Below are positions 54,691-64,000 of a DNA stretch of 64,000 nucleotides, piece by piece. The position numbers were made by a program, and so were the translations under genes. Numbering within the stretch: position 1 is the stretch's first letter; every line of letters starts with the position of its first letter. The notes beneath the pieces were generated by a model that had not been told where the DNA came from, made no database searches, and saw nothing but the letters and a program-made list of their open reading frames with translations. Origin of the DNA: Minisyncoccota bacterium (GTDB taxonomy: Bacteria; Patescibacteriota; Minisyncoccia; Phycocordibacterales; UBA9973); NCBI GenBank assembly GCA_017991395.1, contig JAGOQQ010000002.1, forward strand, positions 61,925-125,924, given 5' to 3'.

Positions 54691-56109
54691 ATGATTGATA
54701 TAAAAAATCTCACAATTAAAAAAGCACACGAACATTTGAAAAGTGGTGACTTTTCGGTGCGTGAACTCGTGGATGCGTATCTTTCTGAAATCAAATCAAA
54801 AGACAAAGAAATTCATGCATACATTGAAATTTTTTCTGATATAGATGAATCAATCACTCGTGCACAAAAAATGTTCGAAGATGGCACTGCCACACTTTTG
54901 ACCGGTATTCCTTGTTCAATCAAAGACAATATGTTGTACAAAGGTCACATCACTTCATCGGGTTCAAAAATTCTCGAAAACTATGTTGCAACATACAACG
55001 GTACTGCAATAAAAAAAATCATTGATGCGGGAGCAGTGATTCTTGGACGAACAAACATGGATGAATTTGCCATGGGTTCTTCAACCGAGCATTCATTTTA
55101 TGGTCCAACAAAAAATCCCCTCGACACTTCTCGTGTACCAGGAGGATCTTCAGGTGGAGCGGCAGCGTCTGTGGCAATGGACGGTGCACTCTTTGCACTT
55201 GGTTCAGATACAGGAGGATCAATTTGTCAGCCAGCGTCACTTTGTGGAATTGTAGGATTCAAACCGACATATGGCGGAGTATCGCGATTTGGACTTGGTG
55301 CACTCGCGTCTTCACTTGATCAGATTGGACCGTTTACAAAAAGTACCGAGGATGCAGAAATTGTCCACTCATTTATTTCTGGATTTGATCCAATGGATTC
55401 GACCACAATCACCGCGGCAACTCGTGCAGATGGTGCATCACGCACACAAAAAAAGAAAATTGGTGTTCCTTGGCATTTGTTCAAAGATGGACTTCGCGCA
55501 GACATGAAAGAAAATTTTGAAAAGTCACTTGAGAATCTCAAAAAAGCTGGATATGAAATTGTGGATGTAGAACTTCCTCATGCAAAGTATGCGCTCGCGG
55601 TATATTATATTTTACTTCCCGCTGAAGCGTCTTCAAACCTCGCTCGATATGACGGTGTTCGCTATGGACTACGCGAAGAGGGAAAGGATTTGATGGATGT
55701 CTATATGAAGTCTCGTGGAAAAGGTTTTGGAAAAGAAGTTCGCCGAAGAATAATGCTCGGTACATATGTCCTTTCACACGGATACTATGATGCGTACTAC
55801 AACAAAGCACGAAAACTTCAAAAAGTAATCACTGAAGAATTTGAAAAAGTATTTGAAACAGTTGATGCGGTCATCACTCCTACCACTCCTTCACCTGCGT
55901 TTAAATTTGGTGAGAAGACCAGTGATCCTGTGGCGATGTATCTCTCTGATGTGTTCACAGTACCTGCAAACATTGCGGGAATTCCTGCGCTCACTGTGCC
56001 ATTTGGAAAATCAGAAGAAGGACTTCCACTCGATATTCACCTCATGGGACCAGCCTGTGGAGAACATATATTGTTTTCCATTGGAAAAGACTTCGAAAAC
56101 GTGGAATAA
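54691..56109 (+). CDS. gatA: Glu-tRNA(Gln)/Asp-tRNA(Asn) amidotransferase subunit A
   Basis: Amidase signature GGSSGGAAASVA...GSDTGGSIRQP-like (here GSDTGGSICQP). Confidence 0.9.
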   Translation: MIDIKNLTIKKAHEHLKSGDFSVRELVDAYLSEIKSKDKEIHAYIEIFSDIDESITRAQKMFEDGTATLLTGIPCSIKDNMLYKGHITSSGSKILENYVATYNGTAIKKIIDAGAVILGRTNMDEFAMGSSTEHSFYGPTKNPLDTSRVPGGSSGGAAASVAMDGALFALGSDTGGSICQPASLCGIVGFKPTYGGVSRFGLGALASSLDQIGPFTKSTEDAEIVHSFISGFDPMDSTTITAATRADGASRTQKKKIGVPWHLFKDGLRADMKENFEKSLENLKKAGYEIVDVELPHAKYALAVYYILLPAEASSNLARYDGVRYGLREEGKDLMDVYMKSRGKGFGKEVRRRIMLGTYVLSHGYYDAYYNKARKLQKVITEEFEKVFETVDAVITPTTPSPAFKFGEKTSDPVAMYLSDVFTVPANIAGIPALTVPFGKSEEGLPLDIHLMGPACGEHILFSIGKDFENVE

Positions 56110-56118
56110 TAGAGAGGT

Positions 56119-56712
56119 ATGCAACAACAGGTCTTTGAACCTAACTTTTTAAACCTCGAATTTATTTTCGGAGCGATCTATACTTTCTTTGGAAATCTTT
56201 TTTCCGGAGGTTCTGTTGATTTCACTCAACTTATAAATATACTCGTCGCACTTTTTTCTATTCTCGCAATACTACTTATTGCAATCATTATTTATACATG
56301 GGTACGAATATTTGAAATCAACAAAAAGGAACACGCCGAACACAAAGCACTCTTTGCAAAAGAACACGTGTCAGAAGATCCTGTTCGAATGACCGTCGTG
56401 AACCCACGCTGGGAACAAGTACAAAAGCATATACGCTCTGATACGCCTGCAGATTGGAGACTCGCAATACTTGAAGCAGACTTGATGCTTGAAGACTTGC
56501 TGGTCACGCTCGGATACAAAGAGGGAACTATAGGAGAAAAACTAAAAGCAATTGAACCAAGTGACTTTCCAGGACACGACAGAGCATGGTGGGCGCACAG
56601 AGTCCGAAACAATATTGCACACCAAGGCTCTACCTATATTCTCGGCAAAGCAGAAGCACGCAACACTATTGATATTTTCGAAGAAGTATTTAAGGCGAAT
56701 AATTATATATAA
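56119..56712 (+). CDS. membrane protein with a cytoplasmic helical domain carrying an Rx4H (HEPN-like) motif
   Basis: TM region followed by ...AWWAHRVRNNIAHQG (R-x4-H). Confidence 0.35.
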   Translation: MQQQVFEPNFLNLEFIFGAIYTFFGNLFSGGSVDFTQLINILVALFSILAILLIAIIIYTWVRIFEINKKEHAEHKALFAKEHVSEDPVRMTVVNPRWEQVQKHIRSDTPADWRLAILEADLMLEDLLVTLGYKEGTIGEKLKAIEPSDFPGHDRAWWAHRVRNNIAHQGSTYILGKAEARNTIDIFEEVFKANNYI

Positions 56713-56764
56713 GTAGCAACACCGCAATTTCTTTTGAAGGGATATTGCGGTGTTATAAGTTTGT

Positions 56765-59725
56765 ATGAAAAAAATATACAAAAGTATAATCAAGCTGTGT
56801 GTTGTATGTGCGATGTGTATGAATGGTGGTGATGTGTTCGCATTGACTGATCTTAGTGGCGGAAGTGTAATGCTTACCTCAAACACTACGTGGACACTTT
56901 CTGGTAGTCCGTATGTTGTTGATTTTGTGTACATTGATAACGGGGCAGTACTGACACTCGAGCCTGGTGTAATTGTAAAATTTACATATGGTGGGTCTGA
57001 TCAAGCTGCTCAGATAAGTATTGAAGACGGGGCAATTGTTGCAAACGGAACTGAAGCAAGTCCGATTATTTTCACTTCATACAATGATGATGTGGGAGGT
57101 GACACAAATGGTGATGGAAATTTGAGTGAACCTGCGATGTACGATTGGAATGGAATATATTTTTCAAATACTGAATCATCAGCCATGTTATTTACTGTGT
57201 TTAATAATGCACAAATAAAGTATTCAGAATTTGGATTGAAAATAAAAGAGGGAATTCTGACAAATATAGATTTCTCATATAATAACGTAGCATTGTTTTT
57301 GTTCGGTGGAGATCCAATGACAATTAGTGATATGGCTTTTGCTTCAAATGGTGTTGATTTAAAACTTGGCGGGAATAGAGAACTCTCACTTTCTGGATAC
57401 ACTTTTGATACTAGTGAAATCGCCGTTGTGACTCAAAATAATTCTCATTTTATTTGTGATGAGTGTAACTTTTTGGGAGGATATTCTGCAATTATGGTGG
57501 GTGGTGATTCGGATCTTACACTTACAAATTCGTTGATTGAAAACTATACAAATGCTGGAATATTTAATCAAAGTGTTTCGCCTACTTTCAGTCCTGAGCC
57601 AGGAGATAATGAAATAAACATTTCTAATAGTGAAATTAGAAACAATGATATTGGAATAGAATTTGGTTCGGATGGATATGGTGTAATAGTAAACAATTCA
57701 ATTCATGACAATGTGACATTCGGAGTGAAGATTCTTGATTTTGATTCACCAGCCACGGTTGACCTCAGAAACAATTGGTGGGGCCATGCCTCTGGTCCAC
57801 ATGAAGTCGTGGGGAATCCCAGTGGACAAGGTGACAATCTGCAAGTGCAGTTTATTCCGTATTCTCCATGGACAGGACAATTGTCACCTATGACTTTGCA
57901 TCAATATAAAATGGACGGCGAATTTGAATTGTCAGAAGGTAACACAAACATGAGTGACAAATTTGTATTCAAAGCGAAAGGTTCACTTGTGGCAAGTCCA
58001 AGAAAAATTGAAGTTGAAATAAAACCGCACGCACAAAGTTTTGATGGTCTGGTTACCCATCTTTCAGATTTTCAATCAAACACTGATGAGCTGAGTGTGG
58101 ACGTGAGTCCGATTGTGAAAGGTTCGTACAAATGGCGTGCGAGAATTGTTGATTCTGGCGGAGGTGAGGGGAACTGGATTGAATTTGGAACTACGCAAAG
58201 CGGAGTGGATTTCATTGCAAAACCAATTCCGCACTATACGCAAAATCAGTCCGATTTCCCAGAACCTGGATTTTCTGAGGAATGGTATAGAGAAGCTTAT
58301 GCAAATGGTAAAAGTACATATGAAGGTGGATGTGGATATACAATTAGAAGTTGTGGTTGTGCGTTAACTTCTTTAGTTATGTTGTTACGATTTCATGAGA
58401 TTGAAAATATACAAAACGAAGATATAAATCCTCTGTCATTAAATAATTGGTTAAATCAAAACAATGGTTACGGTCCACGTGGCGATGTATTGTGGTATAC
58501 CATGGCAAAGTATACAAACAATCAATTTAAAATTGTAGATTCAGTCAATTACGATACATACTTAGCAACTCGTGACAATTCGAAGCTTGACCAATATTTA
58601 GCACAAGGTTTTCCTGTGATTGCACGAATGAAGGGACAGCGAAAATTAACAGGGCAAAGTGGTGGAGGACATTTTCTGGTAATAGGAAATAAATTAAATG
58701 ATACGTATGAAGTAAAAGATCCATCACAATACAATACCACAACACTCAGTCACATTCCGGAATCAAATGAAGATCATGTAAGAACATACTTTAATGGTTA
58801 TGATGGTTTACGTTTTTTAAAACCTGTATTAAACAGTGTTACAGAAGCATACACTGCTGTTCATATGGCATCACCGGCAGATATTTTAATAACTGATTTG
58901 CAAGGCAGACGTGTAGGGCGAAATCCTATAACAGGAGAATATTTTCAAGAAATCCCGGGAAGTTTTTATGTTTCCGATAGTGTTGACGATGCGGAAAAAG
59001 AGAATCTTGAGAATTTTGACCATGACCAAAAAACAGCATACATTCCAAACTTAGGGAATGTATATGATCTCGATGTGTTTGGCACAGGTGATGGCTCGTA
59101 TAGATTGGATATAGAAAAAGTACCTGTAACAGGTGCCGAACAAACATTTGTATACGAGGGCGAGGTGGTTGAAAATGAAGTACAACCTTTTTCAGTTCTT
59201 TCTACAAATTCAGAAATACATATTAAAGATGAAAAGATTGATACAACTCCACCATCGTTGACACTTGCATTAAATGGCAACGAAGGAAAAAATTGGTTAT
59301 TGGAAGGAGTTGACGAGAATGCGCCGGTGACAAAAAATGTTGATGTGCATAACCATATATTTTCAGTTGAAGACAGATATGGAAATACTGCAAAAATAGA
59401 TTTTGATGTTGTGCCCGGATACAGAATGCCTGCGATTGGCAAACTCAATCTTGAGCTCAATCGTGTTACAATAAATGACACAGAACAGATGATTCCATAT
59501 ACATGGATTAGTTATGATTGGAGTAACAATGGAGGACCAGGAGTGATGTTCAAGCAGGTGTATTCATCGAGTGATGGATATGTTCAGGCAGTATATACCC
59601 AAGCAACAAATCAGACGGCAGTTACCATAATGAATGGAACAACAGTACAAAATCTCACATTTCCAAAATTAAAATTAATTAAGATACACATTTCACCAAA
59701 TGGACAACCAAGCTATCAACTATAA
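56765..59725 (+). CDS. large secreted protein with a right-handed parallel beta-helix (PbH1 repeats) and a central papain-like/C39-like peptidase domain
   Basis: Signal-peptide-like N-terminus. PbH1-like repeats (SNSEIRNNDIGIEFG, NNSIHDNVTFGVKI). Peptidase-like Cys (GGCGYTIRSCGCALTSLVMLL) and His (GGGHFLVIGN). Confidence 0.55.
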   Translation: MKKIYKSIIKLCVVCAMCMNGGDVFALTDLSGGSVMLTSNTTWTLSGSPYVVDFVYIDNGAVLTLEPGVIVKFTYGGSDQAAQISIEDGAIVANGTEASPIIFTSYNDDVGGDTNGDGNLSEPAMYDWNGIYFSNTESSAMLFTVFNNAQIKYSEFGLKIKEGILTNIDFSYNNVALFLFGGDPMTISDMAFASNGVDLKLGGNRELSLSGYTFDTSEIAVVTQNNSHFICDECNFLGGYSAIMVGGDSDLTLTNSLIENYTNAGIFNQSVSPTFSPEPGDNEINISNSEIRNNDIGIEFGSDGYGVIVNNSIHDNVTFGVKILDFDSPATVDLRNNWWGHASGPHEVVGNPSGQGDNLQVQFIPYSPWTGQLSPMTLHQYKMDGEFELSEGNTNMSDKFVFKAKGSLVASPRKIEVEIKPHAQSFDGLVTHLSDFQSNTDELSVDVSPIVKGSYKWRARIVDSGGGEGNWIEFGTTQSGVDFIAKPIPHYTQNQSDFPEPGFSEEWYREAYANGKSTYEGGCGYTIRSCGCALTSLVMLLRFHEIENIQNEDINPLSLNNWLNQNNGYGPRGDVLWYTMAKYTNNQFKIVDSVNYDTYLATRDNSKLDQYLAQGFPVIARMKGQRKLTGQSGGGHFLVIGNKLNDTYEVKDPSQYNTTTLSHIPESNEDHVRTYFNGYDGLRFLKPVLNSVTEAYTAVHMASPADILITDLQGRRVGRNPITGEYFQEIPGSFYVSDSVDDAEKENLENFDHDQKTAYIPNLGNVYDLDVFGTGDGSYRLDIEKVPVTGAEQTFVYEGEVVENEVQPFSVLSTNSEIHIKDEKIDTTPPSLTLALNGNEGKNWLLEGVDENAPVTKNVDVHNHIFSVEDRYGNTAKIDFDVVPGYRMPAIGKLNLELNRVTINDTEQMIPYTWISYDWSNNGGPGVMFKQVYSSSDGYVQAVYTQATNQTAVTIMNGTTVQNLTFPKLKLIKIHISPNGQPSYQL

Positions 59726-60794
59726 AAAATACTTGTTATTTGTTGTGATTGTTGGAATTTTCGCACACGGTGGATTGTATTTTCTATACCATAATATTGA
59801 GCCTCAAAATCAAGAAAAGTCACAGAATACAATTATTACTGAAAACAAACAAGTAAGTAATAAAAATTTAATTTGTCGTGACCAAATTAAGTCACTGAAA
59901 TGGGATGATAAGGTAAATGTATATAAAAATCAAAGCTCTGGTGATATGAGAGTTGAAATTACTGACCTACGCGATAAGAAGTATGATTATGTGATTAAAG
60001 ATGTGAATGTAGGTTCTATCGATTCATTCATTGAAACAGATTGTCATTTTTATACAACGAAATTCTTAAATGTGAAAAGAGAGTCATCTAAATTAACATA
60101 TGACGCTTCGTTATGGCAATATACTTATGATGGCACTGGTAAAAAGATCTTAGATTTTACAGAACGCATTGATATAAGTAGTATTAAATTTATATATAGC
60201 CTTGGCTACTCGGTGGATCCAAAGGAAAAATTTATCGCGCTTTCAAATAGACATTCCTCAAACGGAGAAATGTATCTGTTTATCAAGAGAATGGCAACAC
60301 TTGAAAATGTTTCTCAAATAAATCTTAAAAAAGATTTATTTGAGAAACATCCTGAGAAAAGAGGTGATATTGCCTTCGAGAATGGATCATGGTCTACCGA
60401 TGAAAAATTTTTCCTCGTTCCGTTTAGTGATCAAGCAAACATAACTGGCTATATAAGGGTACAATTAACTGATGGCCACTTCGATGTATTTGATGTGTAT
60501 CCAGGTACAATGGTGGGGGATAAGATAAATGTTGATTCAGGTTGGACAACATTTGATGATGGACCTGAATGGTCTGGTTGGTCTGACATTGAAGAATCAA
60601 ACAGAGATGAATGGAGAGCACAGGGTATCAAGATCAACTTTGGAATATACAATATATATACAAAACAAAAAATAGTCATTGAACAAGTGGACGACACGAC
60701 ACATTGGCATGAACCACGTTGGATTGATGACAATACACTAGAGTACCTTTCTATCACAGGTGAAAAAAAGATATTTATTGTTAGTACTAATTAG
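59700..60794 (+). CDS. membrane-anchored hypothetical protein, paralog A
   Basis: N-terminal TM. Shares blocks with the next ORF (SLWQYTYDGTGKKILDF vs SLWRYTYDGVGDKLIDL; C-terminal G[IV]YNI[YF]TK[QE]KIVI). Confidence 0.4.
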   Translation: MDNQAINYKKYLLFVVIVGIFAHGGLYFLYHNIEPQNQEKSQNTIITENKQVSNKNLICRDQIKSLKWDDKVNVYKNQSSGDMRVEITDLRDKKYDYVIKDVNVGSIDSFIETDCHFYTTKFLNVKRESSKLTYDASLWQYTYDGTGKKILDFTERIDISSIKFIYSLGYSVDPKEKFIALSNRHSSNGEMYLFIKRMATLENVSQINLKKDLFEKHPEKRGDIAFENGSWSTDEKFFLVPFSDQANITGYIRVQLTDGHFDVFDVYPGTMVGDKINVDSGWTTFDDGPEWSGWSDIEESNRDEWRAQGIKINFGIYNIYTKQKIVIEQVDDTTHWHEPRWIDDNTLEYLSITGEKKIFIVSTN

Positions 60795-60861
60795 ATTTTT
60801 TTTTGGAATTTTGTAAAACTACGTACAAAATTTAAAATTATATATTTAATTTTAAATAAAA

Positions 60862-61995
60862 TTGGATTTATGCACACTTGTTTTGAAGTATCTTATGACA
60901 TCTGATTTGAAAACAAAAAAGTATGGAAATGCCCCATTCTATATTATTGGAATTAGTGTCTTTTTGTGTACGGTGTTTGCATATTTAGGAGCACCAATAA
61001 AAATTGATGAAGATTTTAGTACAAATCAAGTACATGAAGAAAAAACTACATTGGCTGAGAAAAAGATATTATGTAAAGAACAAATTAGTTCAATTAAAAC
61101 TTTTAAAACTAATGTTAATCAGAAGCAGTACGATCAAGGTGTCAAAGTTTTTGTTGAGACGAAAACCGGACAAACTTATGAATTTGTAATTGAAAACTTT
61201 GATATTGAAAGGTTTGATGGATATTATCAGTCAAATTGTCATATTTATGCAGTTAGAATAATTCATGATTATACTAAAAGTGAAAATAAGATTCAGTCAG
61301 TTTCTTTGTGGAGATATACTTATGATGGTGTTGGTGATAAATTGATTGATCTATTTGACCGAACCAGTGTTGGGGAAAGTGGAAAACTTTTTTCATTCTC
61401 CGTGTTTGTGGACCCCCAAGAACAATTTATTATACTCGAGAACTATTTCAGCTCGCAGACACATAAATTATATTTTAAAAAACTTCCCGACCTTGAAGAT
61501 ATTTTTACTGTAGATGTGAAAGAATATTTTAATAGAAACAATCTAAATAATTTCTCTTGTTATATTGATTTTCATGAAACTGAAGTGTCTGATAATAGAA
61601 AATATATTGTCCTAGGCTCAAGTTTTACAACAGAGAAGTGTGGGTATTTTAAAATCGATATAATTAGTGGAATTATGGAGTATTTTGATTTACCAGTCGA
61701 TGAATTTACGGTTTATTCCTTAAATATTGATACGGGTTGGGTGTTTTTTGATGGAAGACCAAACTTTTTTTCATTCGACGGTGATGATTCAGAAGAAAAA
61801 GCATATGTCAAAGAATCCAAAGAAACCGGAAGAATTTTTCATCACGGTGTGTATAATATCTTCACTAAGGAAAAAATAGTAATTACAGAATATGGAGATT
61901 TTTATTTCTTTCCCCGTTTTGAATGGATAGATGAGTACTCAGCATGGTACTTTGACCCAAGTGGTGAAAAGAAGATATATACATTGCCGCAATAG
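60862..61995 (+). CDS. membrane-anchored hypothetical protein, paralog B
   Basis: Tandem duplicate of 59700..60794. Confidence 0.4.
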   Translation: MDLCTLVLKYLMTSDLKTKKYGNAPFYIIGISVFLCTVFAYLGAPIKIDEDFSTNQVHEEKTTLAEKKILCKEQISSIKTFKTNVNQKQYDQGVKVFVETKTGQTYEFVIENFDIERFDGYYQSNCHIYAVRIIHDYTKSENKIQSVSLWRYTYDGVGDKLIDLFDRTSVGESGKLFSFSVFVDPQEQFIILENYFSSQTHKLYFKKLPDLEDIFTVDVKEYFNRNNLNNFSCYIDFHETEVSDNRKYIVLGSSFTTEKCGYFKIDIISGIMEYFDLPVDEFTVYSLNIDTGWVFFDGRPNFFSFDGDDSEEKAYVKESKETGRIFHHGVYNIFTKEKIVITEYGDFYFFPRFEWIDEYSAWYFDPSGEKKIYTLPQ

Positions 61996-62046
61996 TTTTT
62001 AAATCTAACTACTTACAATTAGCTAGTAACTCAAAATTACGCATTT

Positions 62047-62087
62047 CCCGCGATAGCGGGAAATGCGTAATTTTTTTATACTATAGA
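62047..62087 (+). terminator. intrinsic terminator (ttacgcatttcccgc-gata-gcgggaaatgcgtaa then ttttttt)
   Basis: 15-bp perfect stem and a T-run. Confidence 0.75.
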
Positions 62088-62221
62088 TGGTTAATAGTTA
62101 ATAGTTAATGGATGATGAATGAAGGGTGATGGTTGATAATAGTACACGGTTGAATATGAGTGAGTCTTATATACAGTCAATTATCATCCTATTATCCAAT
62201 CTTCCTGTCTCGACCTGAAAT

Positions 62222-63127
62222 TTGCTATACTCACTCAATATGGACGCGACAGCAAAAGAACAATTACAAATGCGGATTGCCGAACTTGAAGCCAGTATGT
62301 CAGCGGCGGATTTTTGGTCAGACAAACACAAGGCGCAGGCGGTGATTAAAGAAATCCAAGAATTGAAAGACAAGATTGAAGGACTTGGAAAATACGACAA
62401 AGGTGATGCAGTGATCACGATTTTTTCTGGTGCAGGAGGTGATGATTCGGAAGATTTTTCTCGAATGCTTCTACAGATGTATATGAAATACATTTCAAAA
62501 AAAGGCTGGCAAATTTCTTTTCTTCATGAAAACAAAAATGATCACGGCGGATACAGAAATATTACTTTTGAAATAAATGGCAAAGGTGCGTACGGTACAA
62601 TGAAAGGCGAGTCTGGCGTGCATCGACTTGTGCGTATCTCTCCGTTTAATGCAAAACAACTTCGCCACACATCTTTCTCAATGGTTGAAGTAATTCCAAA
62701 ACTTCCAAAAGACAATGATCTTGTGATCAATGAATCTGATATCAAGATTGATTTTGCACGTTCGGGTGGTCCGGGTGGGCAAAACGTGAACAAGCGAGAG
62801 ACTGCAGTACGAATGGTACATACTCCGACAGGACTTGCGGTGCATGCAGATGGTGAGCGTTCACAAGAAGCAAACCGTGAAAAAGCTCTGATGCTTTTGA
62901 AGGGAAAACTTTTCAAAAGACAAGAAGACGAAAGAATCGCAAGTGAAAAAGGATTGTATATTTCCAAGACAACGGATATTGAATGGGGAAATCAAATTCG
63001 TTCATATGTACTTCATCCATACAAAATGGTCAAAGATCATCGCACAGAAGTAGAGACAAGTGATGTGGATGCGGTGCTTGAGGATGGTGAGATTGACGAA
63101 TTCATTGAAGCAGAGCGAAATATATAA
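62222..63127 (+). CDS. prfB: peptide chain release factor 2 (short N-terminus; TTG start or Met at 62240; no programmed +1 frameshift detectable)
   Basis: SPF tripeptide (RISPFNAKQ) and the GGQ motif ([18 protein letters not shown]). Confidence 0.8.
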   Translation: MLYSLNMDATAKEQLQMRIAELEASMSAADFWSDKHKAQAVIKEIQELKDKIEGLGKYDKGDAVITIFSGAGGDDSEDFSRMLLQMYMKYISKKGWQISFLHENKNDHGGYRNITFEINGKGAYGTMKGESGVHRLVRISPFNAKQLRHTSFSMVEVIPKLPKDNDLVINESDIKIDFARSGGPGGQNVNKRETAVRMVHTPTGLAVHADGERSQEANREKALMLLKGKLFKRQEDERIASEKGLYISKTTDIEWGNQIRSYVLHPYKMVKDHRTEVETSDVDAVLEDGEIDEFIEAERNI

Positions 63128-63244
63128 TTGGTGTGATTCCTTTTTGAGAAAGACCTAAAATTTGATATACTATATTGGTTAGTTTCCGCACTCGACTATA
63201 CGACAGACTGCTTTTTCTATAAGCTATAACCATTAAACTCATTT

Positions 63245-63925
63245 ATGATTCAATTTGATAAAGTAAGCAAAGTGTATCCAAATAGTTCTGTGTCTCTTGA
63301 AGATGTGAATTTGTCTATCAAGCAAGGCGAATTTGTGTCACTCGTAGGACATTCTGGTGCCGGTAAGACCACCCTCATCAAGCTCATTCTCGCAGAAGAA
63401 TCACCAACCGAAGGTGAAGTGTGTTTTGAAGGCAAATGTATTCACAAACTTTCAAGTAAAGAACTCACCACTTTTCGAAAACGAGTTGGAGTAGTATTCC
63501 AAGATTTTCGACTTCTCCCAAACAAAACAGCGTACGAAAATATTGCATTTGCGATGGAGGCTGCAGGCAAACCAGACGAAGAAATTGCCTCAGATGTACC
63601 ACACGTGCTTGAGCTCGTGGATTTGATGGATAAGATCCACAATTTTCCACATCAAATGTCTGGAGGAGAACGACAGCGACTTGCTATTGCACGAGCAATC
63701 ATCAATCAGCCAGAAGTTATTATTGCCGACGAACCGACTGGAAACCTTGACCCAATCAATACATATGAGGTTGTCCAAATTTTGAAAAAAATAAATGATC
63801 TTGGAACAACAGTCATTTTGACCACACACAATCGTGGAGTTATTGATTCTATTGGAAAGCGTGTTATTACAATCGAAAAAGGTCGAATTACTCGAGATGA
63901 CGACAGTGGAAAATACGTCATTTAA
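63245..63925 (+). CDS. ftsE: cell division ATP-binding protein FtsE (ABC ATPase)
   Basis: Walker A GHSGAGKTT, ABC signature MSGGERQRLAIARA, Walker B IIADEPTGNLD, and FtsE-like length. Confidence 0.9.
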   Translation: MIQFDKVSKVYPNSSVSLEDVNLSIKQGEFVSLVGHSGAGKTTLIKLILAEESPTEGEVCFEGKCIHKLSSKELTTFRKRVGVVFQDFRLLPNKTAYENIAFAMEAAGKPDEEIASDVPHVLELVDLMDKIHNFPHQMSGGERQRLAIARAIINQPEVIIADEPTGNLDPINTYEVVQILKKINDLGTTVILTTHNRGVIDSIGKRVITIEKGRITRDDDSGKYVI

Positions 63926-64000
63926 TCATTATTCACACCCAAAAATCTACGCATTTTTGGGTGTGCTATAGTTAATCAATATGTTTTGGACAGACCTTAA

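Noticed and set aside
62160-62345. 61-aa GTG-initiated ORF overlapping the prfB start as the frameshifted RF2 N-terminus
   Set aside because: Its sequence ([23 protein letters not shown]...) has no similarity to RF2 N-terminal helices, and it is in frame 0 (mod 3 from 62160). The only frame from which a +1 shift reaches the RF2 body is the -1 frame (open only from 62164 after a TGA at 62161-62163), which carries no ATG, no CUU-UGA-C-like site and no RF2-like sequence.
1-64000. CRISPR arrays and rRNA genes
   Set aside because: No regularly spaced direct repeats with unique spacers were seen. The tandem arrays present are 7-8-bp microsatellite-like units. No stretch resembles 16S, 23S or 5S rRNA.

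Overview
This AT-rich bacterial segment has a gene repertoire and layout typical of a reduced Patescibacteria/CPR-like genome, annotated by eye from the sequence and the ORF track only. Core content: a split spc ribosomal operon (rpsN-rpsH-rplF-rplR-rpsE-rplO-secY-adk-map) with no L30 gene, then ndk, a beta-CASP RNase, infC-rpmI-rplT, truB, tmRNA plus smpB, ftsH, recG, a two-component pair, mscL, dedA, comF, a complete type IV pilus locus (pilMNO, pilB, REC, pilT, pilC, three major-pilin paralogs, pilD, four minor pilins), ligA, gatCA, prfB and ftsE. Accessory and unusual content: (1) a ~4.2 kb integrated element at the 3' end of tRNA-Ser(GCU), carrying a large serine recombinase, an XRE regulator, a HExxH protein and an ANT(6)-like nucleotidyltransferase, with nested GC-rich inverted repeats that each contain a long palindrome. 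(2) An in-frame ~180-codon GxxExxY (PD-(D/E)xK-like) insertion inside recG between helicase motifs II and III, flanked by GCGGA-type repeats. (3) A 'four helix bundle' (23S-IVS-type) protein cassette flanked by inverted CGTAGAACG repeats between pilC and the pilins. (4) A mosaic family of short dispersed intergenic repeats, including arrays inside the spc operon. (5) A 912-aa membrane-less VirD4/TraG-like P-loop ATPase sitting in the ribosomal cluster. (6) A tRNA-Ile(UAU), a class-II tRNA with an anomalous ACU anticodon, and a duplicated tRNA 3' end. (7) A locus of large secreted beta-helix and C39-like peptidase proteins with tandem paralogs. No rRNA or CRISPR array was seen.
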